Shown: positions 28,326-36,900 of the stretch, in pieces
How positions within the stretch are numbered: position 1 is the first letter of the stretch
How the letters are laid out: each line of letters opens with the position of its first letter
Program-made: the position numbers and the translations under genes
Notes under the pieces: model-generated
Databases searched by the model: none
Seen by the model: the letters and a program-made list of their open reading frames with translations, nothing else
What the model was told of the DNA's origin: nothing
Origin: Microcoleus sp.
Lineage (GTDB): Bacteria; Cyanobacteriota; Cyanobacteriia; Cyanobacteriales; Microcoleaceae
Assembly: GCA_042408215.1 (NCBI GenBank)
Contig: JAYFMW010000030.1
Span: forward strand, 1-64,000
Direction: 5' to 3'
DNA: 64,000 nucleotides

Positions 28326-30056
28326 ATGTTAAAGCAAATACTTCAAGTAGCTCAAGAGATAGAAAGTACGTTTGAGAGAAATCAGGCATTCGCATACGTC
28401 GTTCAAGCGCTCGCTCAAACGGGGCAATTTGAGCGAGCGCTCACAATTGCTGAAACTATTGAATATCCCTACAAAAAAGTTGATGCTTTGACTAGCATTG
28501 CTCGGGCTTATTCAAAAGCTGGTCTCCAGGAGAAAGCATCTGAAATTTTAGAGCAAGCTCTTCAAGTTACTCAGTCGAATTTGAAAGATCCAGATAATCG
28601 CCTGAGTGTGATGGAGATTCATCAATTAATTCTTGGTCTCATTACTAAAACTTACGTTGCTATTGGACAGTATAGCCAAGCTATTCAAGTTGCTCAAAAT
28701 TATTCCGATCGCGCTCAGAATGAATCTTCTAGCCCCATCAGGGACGACTGGTTTTTAGATCCCGCCAGGAGAGCTGAGCTATTGGAATTAGCTAAAGCCG
28801 AAAATTTTCAGGAACTCACTCAGACATTGCGAGTGACGGATAATGAGATTACTCGCGAACACCAAGCTACAACATTAGCCGAAGTAGCCTGCGAGTGTGC
28901 AAAGGCTGGACAATTACAGTTTGCTATGCAAGCGTTGCAGTCGGCTGAGTCAATCGGATTCCCGAAAGAGTCGCTAGCAGGAGCACTAAAGTTACAAGCA
29001 CTATCTGCGATTGCTGTGAAGTATGCAGAAATTGGAGAATATAACCTAGCTATTCAGACGCTTGAAAAAATTGACGCTATTGGTTGGATATCTAGCACAT
29101 TGAAAAAAATTGGCTGCTATCTGGCAAAAACTGGGCAGTACGATCGAGCTTTTAAATTGATTGAAACAATAGAGCGTGCCCCTGAAAAAAATGAGGCTTT
29201 AGAGGAATTGGCTAAACAGTATGCAGAAACAGGAAATTATGACAAAGCACTTCAGGTTGCTAAATCAATCAAAGATATTGACTATAAGGATTCGGCTGTC
29301 TTGAGAATTGTTGAAAAATATGTTGAATCTGCTCAGTACGAGCAAGCCTTCCAGATCGCGAAAAGAGCTAGGAGGAAGGATTTTAAATTAGATTTATTGA
29401 TAGCCATTGCGGAAGCTTCGGCCCAAATAAAAGAAGAAAGTCAAGTCTCTGAAATTCTATCTCAACTTTTACAGTTATCCGCAGAATTCAAAAATAGCAA
29501 CGCCGAAAAAACTTCATTGCTAATTAAAATAGTTGAACCCTACATTAGGATAGGACAAAGTGGCAAGGCTTCAGAAATTTTATCCCAAGCATTGCTGGAA
29601 ACTAAGACAATAAAATCTCCAGGCTGGAAAGTCTGTGCGTTAACTGATATAGCAATTAAATATGCAGAATTTAGACAAGAGACTAAAAGTTTAGCCCTTT
29701 TAGCTCAGGCTATTGAAATTGTTGAAAGTGATGAAGCTATATTGAGTAAAGCAGATACTCTGGGTCACATAGCTAGCGCACTTACCGAAGCTGGACAGTG
29801 CGAACAAGCTCTACAGATTATTGACAGAATAGAAATTAGTGATGATTTTTCTTGGAGCAGGCAAGGAGCTGCAATGAGCAAATGTATGGCTTTATTTGCT
29901 GTAGCTAAGAAGTATGCGGAAATAAATCAAAAAGATAAAGCCACTGAGATATTATCTAAAATTTTTCTAGTACCATATCTGGACGATAGTAGTAAAGCAG
30001 GTTATATAGATACTGTGACTAAAATCTACTTTAGCATCGAAGATAATAGTCCTTAA
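28326..30056 (+). CDS. TPR-repeat protein, probable immunity to the cassette-2 toxin
   Basis: Repeated AL..IA..YA..GQ.D.A.Q.A..I helices; directly downstream of the toxin. Confidence 0.8.
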   Translation: MLKQILQVAQEIESTFERNQAFAYVVQALAQTGQFERALTIAETIEYPYKKVDALTSIARAYSKAGLQEKASEILEQALQVTQSNLKDPDNRLSVMEIHQLILGLITKTYVAIGQYSQAIQVAQNYSDRAQNESSSPIRDDWFLDPARRAELLELAKAENFQELTQTLRVTDNEITREHQATTLAEVACECAKAGQLQFAMQALQSAESIGFPKESLAGALKLQALSAIAVKYAEIGEYNLAIQTLEKIDAIGWISSTLKKIGCYLAKTGQYDRAFKLIETIERAPEKNEALEELAKQYAETGNYDKALQVAKSIKDIDYKDSAVLRIVEKYVESAQYEQAFQIAKRARRKDFKLDLLIAIAEASAQIKEESQVSEILSQLLQLSAEFKNSNAEKTSLLIKIVEPYIRIGQSGKASEILSQALLETKTIKSPGWKVCALTDIAIKYAEFRQETKSLALLAQAIEIVESDEAILSKADTLGHIASALTEAGQCEQALQIIDRIEISDDFSWSRQGAAMSKCMALFAVAKKYAEINQKDKATEILSKIFLVPYLDDSSKAGYIDTVTKIYFSIEDNSP

Positions 30057-30185
30057 TTATCAATAAATATGTCTTGAGGATTGGACTACGGAGCCACACG
30101 GATCAAACTTAAAGTTCTCCCACGACTTCTTCCAATCCTCTCCCAAAAGCTAAATATAGATCGCAAACTAACTTCCACTTCCCCC

Positions 30186-30215
30186 TGTACAAAAGCCACA
30201 CACACAGTATAAAAT
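30186..30215 (+). promoter_or_regulatory. Candidate sigma70 promoter TGTACA-N18-TAAAAT
   Basis: Both hexamers and the 18-nt spacing are conserved in the second copy at 55662-55691, while the spacer has diverged. Confidence 0.5.
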
Positions 30216-30243
30216 GCAACAAAATACCGCTGTACAAACAACC

Positions 30244-30954
30244 ATGACACCGAAAATAACCATCCAAGAACTAGCCTTATCCCTCACAGCCAAAAACCAC
30301 TCCCCAACCCTCCTCAACGCAGACTTCCTCAAATACAGCGGCATCGTCCCCGCCGATTGGGAACTCGCCCGCCCTCCCGTTTTCAGTCCCCAAATCTCTC
30401 AGGTTGCCTTCACCAACGGCATCAATATCGTCGCCCAATCGAACGCCATCACCTTCATCGAATCTCTCTCTACAAAATCACAAGAAGACGTAAAAATTCC
30501 TGCCATTATCCGCAAGTACGTTGAAGCACTACCCCGCACCGACTATCAAGCTTTAAGCATCAATCCCAGAAGCTTCATCACCTTTGAAGGGGGAGATGAA
30601 AATGCAGCTCGCGAGTTCATCACCTCCAGTTTATTATCCAAAGGAACGTGGTTTGATGTTGGGAAAGCTCCCGTCAAAGCTGCTGTCAATTTAGTGTACT
30701 CTCTCGAACAGGGAGAACTAAACTTGAGCGTTGCCGAAGCTATGCTGCAACTGCAAGAAGCCGAACCAACTCCCGCAGTATTGTTTTCCGGCAGCTTCCA
30801 GTACGAGATTGTAGGGGAATTAGAAGGCGAAAAACTGCAACACTTGTACAAGCTTTTGGAAAATTGGCAGCCGGATTTAGAAGCTTACAGAGAAATTGTC
30901 AACGAACGCTTTTTGGGGCTGAAAGAAGTTGAAGAGTTACCGTCTGCCGCGTAA
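30244..30954 (+). CDS. Conserved hypothetical protein, copy 1 (likely start ATG 30244; longest ORF from 30214)
   Basis: Intact ORF, highly similar to 55719-56426, whose start aligns with 30244. Motif NHSPTLLNxDFLKYSGIVPADWELARPP. Confidence 0.85.
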   Translation: MTPKITIQELALSLTAKNHSPTLLNADFLKYSGIVPADWELARPPVFSPQISQVAFTNGINIVAQSNAITFIESLSTKSQEDVKIPAIIRKYVEALPRTDYQALSINPRSFITFEGGDENAAREFITSSLLSKGTWFDVGKAPVKAAVNLVYSLEQGELNLSVAEAMLQLQEAEPTPAVLFSGSFQYEIVGELEGEKLQHLYKLLENWQPDLEAYREIVNERFLGLKEVEELPSAA

Positions 30955-30965
30955 AGGATAAGATT

Positions 30966-33900
30966 GTGGGGGCGATTGGGACGGGGGAAACGGGCAGCAA
31001 TACGGGCGGGGAGACCGGTTTGTATCCCGTGAAGCTGGAAGCGTCAGACGGTCAAGGTGGCAAAGATTTGCAGGAATACAGCATTCGAGTGTGGCCGGAC
31101 CCGACCAACAGCAACCCAGTCATTGTCAGCGAACCGGTGGTGCGCTTCGGACTGGACGATAAAATTTACCGCTATCAGTTGGCTGCGGTTGACCCGGACG
31201 GCGACCGACTCAAATACCGCTTGGTTGACGGCCCGCTGGGAGCATTGATTGACGGCGATAGCGGAGAGTTGCTGTGGTTCCCGGAAAATGTTGCGCCCGG
31301 AAGCAAAGCTGACTTTACTGTGGAGGTGGCAGACCCGCGCGGCGGTAAGGGCTTGCAAACTTTCCGCGTCGATGCTTACGGCGCTTTGGGTAAAATTCAG
31401 GGAGCTGTATTTGACGATTTAAACGGCAACGGTTTCCGCGATTCTAAATTAGTTAAAGGTAACAATCCGGCGATTGTGATGGCAATCGATGTTTCCGGCA
31501 GTACCGCGGCCCCGTTTGATGGCCCGCTTGGGGTAGATGATGTCCTCAAAGCTCAAGTCGCCGCCACCCTAACCCTCATCGATACGTTAATAGCTCAAGG
31601 TTTGGGAGATAGAGTCAATATCGGGTTAATTCCACACAAAGAAAGCGCTGCGATTCAAGATATGGACCCCACAACGCCTGGGGTTCAGCCCTACACGACG
31701 CCCCTGGCAGATAAAAACAACAACGGCATCCCTGATATCCGGGAAATTCTGGCAAGTAGCACTTACACTGTGCCCAACGGTCACAATGACTTTACCAAAG
31801 CCGTACAGGCGATCGACCTTCTTGTCCCTTTGATGCCGGGAGATAAGAATGTTATCTTCATGTCCGACGGCTACGGTGCTCTAGATGCCACTGTTGCAGC
31901 TCTCGTGGGGGCCGACCTCAAAACTAAGGGCATCGGCTTGACAGCTTTTGGTATCGGCAAATATTCGACCCTGGATACCATCAAAAAACTTGACCCCGAT
32001 GCGGTGATTTTGACCGATATCGACCAGTTAAGCAGCGTTTTCGGCGGTTTTGACCCCCGCTACACTCTAGAGCCTTTAATGGAAAACGTGCCGGTCTATC
32101 TGGATATTAACAACAACGGCATACTAGACCCCAACGAACCGAAGCAGTTGACCAAAAAGGACGATTCTGAGTCGAATCTGGGCAAAACCAACTATCAGTT
32201 TACTTTTGACAACTTAGTGCCCGGTACTTACAAAGTGCGAACTGTAGCGCCCAGCGGCTACACGCAGACAGCACCTAGTACCTCGGTTTTCACGGATACC
32301 GTGACAACTGCGGGGCAAACTTTTACTCACTTGTTCGGCGTGCACAAAGGTTCCCAAGAGTTGCCCAACTCCGACCCCACTTTTTTGACTGCTGCGCCAA
32401 CAACGAAGTTGAAAGCTGGGGAATCCCTAGTTTACAGGGCTTTGGCTTCTGACCCGGATGCGGACGAGGTAACTTACGGTTTGGTTCTCAACCCGGATGG
32501 AATGAGCGTAGACCCGAAGAACGGTACTGTAGTTTGGACTCCGACGGCTACTCAGGTTGAGGAATATTATAAAGAGCTACGGGCGACGCGCGATCGTTTG
32601 ATTGCTTTCGGTAGAGGAGATTCCGCACCACAGGCTGTGAAGTTCAATGTCGTGCTGCGGGCATCTGACGGCAAGGGCGGTCAGGCTTTGCAGTACGTCG
32701 AGGTGGAACTGATACCGCCCAACAATCCTCCCGTCTTTACATCTGCTGCGCCATCCAAAGAGCAACCTCAAGCGGGTAAGCGCTTCGAGTATCGCGCGGT
32801 AGCGGAGGATGCTGACGGCGATAATATTGTTTATACGATTTTACCCGGTGCACCGATTGGTGCCGCAATTAACGCGACTACCGGACTGGTAACTTGGACG
32901 CCGACAGCGGGACAGTTGGGAACGAATTCATTCACCGTCAAAGCCACTGACAGTAAGGGCTCAGAAGCCAAGTTAGAAGTGCCGCTGCGGGTAATTGAAG
33001 CGATTCCCAACCGCCCTCCTGACATTACATCCAGCCCCCGCACAGTAGCCCGCATCGGCAACGGGTATTTCTACAAACTCGCTGCAACCGACCCCGACGG
33101 CAACCCGATCACCTTTACTTTAGTTTCCAAGCCGGCTGGGATGACCGTTGATGCGGAGGGTTTAGTGTCTTGGATTCCCACAGCTTCGCAAACCGGCCCC
33201 ATCGCAGTATCGGTGTTGGCTAGCGACGGCTTTGGGGGAAGCGATACTCAATCCTGGACTGTTAATGTCTCTAATTCGGCCGTTAACCGACCTCCAAGTA
33301 TTACTTCGACACCGGATACGGTTACTAATTTGGAACGAGTTTACCGTTACCAGCTAACAGGAACCGACCCCGAAGGAGACTATTTGCTGTGGAGTTTGGA
33401 TAATGCTCCCAAGGGTATGGTAATCGATGCTAAAACAGGCAGTCTTAGCTGGCAGCCAACTCCCGAACAAATTGGGGAACAGACTATTGCAGTGCGAGTG
33501 ACTGATGCTAAGGGTTCTTATGTGGGTCAGGAATTCAGTTTAAAGGTAACAGGAATTAACACGCCACCTGCAATTGTTTCGGTTCCAGTCACAGTCGCCG
33601 GAATCAATCAAACCTACAAATATCAAGTAATCGGAACCGACCCGGAAAACGATGCCCTGCGTTATAGTTTGGGAACCAAACCTTCGGGCATGAAGATTGA
33701 TGCCCGGACTGGTTTAATTGAATGGACTCCCGGTACTAATGCTGTAGGTTCCCATGAAGTAGAAGTTTTGGCAACAGATACTCAAGGGGCTGTGGGAAAT
33801 CAGAAGTTTGCAGTATCTGTGGGGACGGCCGCCATCAATGGGCCTCCAACTGTAGTTTCAACTCCCGTATTTGCAGCATCTTTGGGAAGTCAGTACAGTT

Positions 33901-36900
33901 ATACAGTGCAGGCGACTGACCCCGATGGTGGCAGTTTAACTTATCAGTTATTGAAAGCACCAATGGGGATGGCAATTAATCCTGCAACTGGATTGTTGAC
34001 TTGGGACAATCCTACTGCTGGAAACCATCAAATAGTAGTCGGCGCTGTGGATGCTGGCGGTTTGGGTGCAGCCCAAGGTTTTACTTTAACTGCGAGGGCA
34101 AATTCTACTCCTGTAATTCCCAATATTCCCCCGCAGCAAGTCGCTAGCGGTCAACCCTATCGTTACGATTTGAAGGCGAATGATGCTGAGGGGGATTTGC
34201 TTGCTTATTCTCTGTTGCAATCTCCTTCGGGCATGACTGTTGATGAATTAGGTCGCATTAGTTGGGTTCCTAAATCGAATGATGTCGGTACGACTCAACC
34301 CGTTCAAATAGCTGTCACCGATACGTTTGGCAAGACTGTTACTGTCTCCTACAATTTAAGCGTTGTCGCGGATACTTCCGCCCCTAAAGTCAATATTGTT
34401 GCCAGCAAAAATACAGTTAATCTCGGAGATTCTGTCACGTTTACCGTCAATGCTGTCGATAACGTGAAAGTTGAATCTTTGGGTTTGACTATCAACGGCA
34501 CTCCTGTAGTTTTGGATGCACAAGGTCAAGCATCTGTCAAGGTAAATAATTTAGGCAGTATTACGGCAGTTGCAACGGCTAAAGATGCGGCTGGAAATGC
34601 CGGAACTGCGACTCAAGTTGTGGCTGCAATTGATACTAGCGATGTCAATGCGCCAACTATCAACATCAGTTTGGAAGATGATGCAGAAATTACCGCACCT
34701 GTCAATATAGTTGGCACAATTAGTGACAGCAATTTAGCTTACTATACATTGGAAGTTGCCCCGGTTGGTGGCGGGCAAATTCCGGGCGATGGCGGAGGAT
34801 TTAAGGAGGTTTATCGGGGAACAGCTGCCGTCACTAACGGAACGATTGCGACATTTGACCCGACTGTTTTGGCTAACGGCGCTTACGTTCTCAAGTTCAC
34901 TGCATTCGACGCTAACGGTAACGGTTCGACTACTGAAAGGACGGTGAATGTTGCTGGTGATTTGAAGTTGGGCAATTTCCGGTTGTCGTTTACTGATTTA
35001 TCTGTTCCAGTGGCGGGAATTCCGATTAACGTGACTCGGACTTACGATTCTTTGAATGCCAACAATAGCGATGATTTCGGTTACGGCTGGCGGATGGAAT
35101 TCCGGGATACTGATTTGAAGACTTCGCTAAAAGCTGACCCGATTTACGAAGAATTGGGCATCAATACCGTAGCATTTGACAGCAAGACTAAGGTATTCAT
35201 CACCCTACCCGGAGGTAAGCGGGAAACCTTTACTTTTAAGCCGACTCCGAGTCATTTGAATCAGTATTTAGGGGCGGCTGGGCCGGGGGCTGCGATGTAC
35301 AAGCCGGCGTTTGAGTCTCAAAAGGGTTCGACGGTGACTCTGACTGTTAAGGATGCGAATTTGATACGGAATGAGTACGGCGAGTATTACGGGGTGAACG
35401 GGCAGCCCTTCAATCCTGAGAATCCGGCGTTTGGTAGTGTTTATGTGTTGACGACTCTTGAGGGATTGGTTTACGAGATTGATGCGAAGTCTGGGGATTT
35501 GCTGACTGCTACTGATGCGAATGGGAATAAGCTGACTTTTAGCGATGCGGGGATTGCTAGCAGTACGGGTAAGTCGGTGACTTTTGAGAGGGATGCTGCT
35601 GGGAGGATTGTCGGTGTTGTTGACCCGGATGGGAAGAAGGTTAAGTACGAATACGATGCGAAAGGGGATTTGGTTGCTGTTAAGGATAGGGAGAATAATA
35701 CTACTCGGTTTGAGTATGGAGATGAGGACAGACCTCACTTTTTGACTGAGGTTATTGATTCGTTGGGACGCAGTGGAGTTAAGACTGAATACGACGATTC
35801 CGGTCGGTTGAAGCAGATGATTGATGCGAATGGTTCTGCGGTTGAGTTGGTTTACGACCCGAATAATTCGATTCAGAAGGTTAAGGATGTTTTTGGTAAG
35901 GAAACGACTTATGTTTATGACAGTCGCGGGAATGTTTTAACTGAGATTGACCCGTTGGGTAAGCGGATTGACAGGACTTACGATGCCGACAATAACGTTT
36001 TGACTGAAAGTGTAATTACCACTGAGTTAAATGCTGCTGGGAATCCGGTTGAGGTACGGCAAAAGACTGAGTGGACTTACGATGCCAAAGGGAATAAGTT
36101 AACTGAAAAAGACCCGTTGGGCAATGTTTCGCGGTGGACTTACAACAGTCGCGGGCAGGTTTTGACTGAAACTGACGCCTTGGGGAATACTGCGACTTAT
36201 ACCTATTCTCCTAGCGGGAATTTGCTGTCAACTAAGGATGCAAAGGGTAATGTTACTAAGTTCAGCTACGACATGAGGGGAAATCTTATCACCTTTACCG
36301 ATGCAGCCAATAAAGTTACTAACTTTACTTATGATGGTTCGGGAAATGTACTTTCGGTTGAGGATGCTAGCGGCAATAAAACAACTTTCACCTATGATAA
36401 CAGTGGGAATCGTTTAACTGAAACTCGCACGGTAACTACTCCTTCGGGCATTCAACAACTGGTTACTCAATCAACTTACGACAGTAACGGTAAAGTTAAG
36501 TCAACGACTGATGCCTTAGATCGAGTCACAAAATACGAGTATGATGGTAACGGGAATCAAATTGCTGTAATTGATGCCCGCAACAACCAAACCGAATACC
36601 GCTACGATAGTAAAGGTCAGCTTGTTGAAACGATTTATCCCGACAATACTCCCAGCAATTCCGCTGACAATTCGAGAACAATTAATATTTACGATAAGGG
36701 CGGTCGTTTGCGGGCAACTATTGACTCAGACAAGCAAGTAACGCATTACAATTACGACGATGCTGGACGTTTGGTGGAAACGATTTATGCTGATGGAGTG
36801 GATAGTTTGGGTCAGTTGGCAAGCGAGCTCGCGCCCGGTAAAACTCCTGCTACTATAGACTGGACGCAAGTTATCTATCCCGACATTGCGCCTGCTTTCT

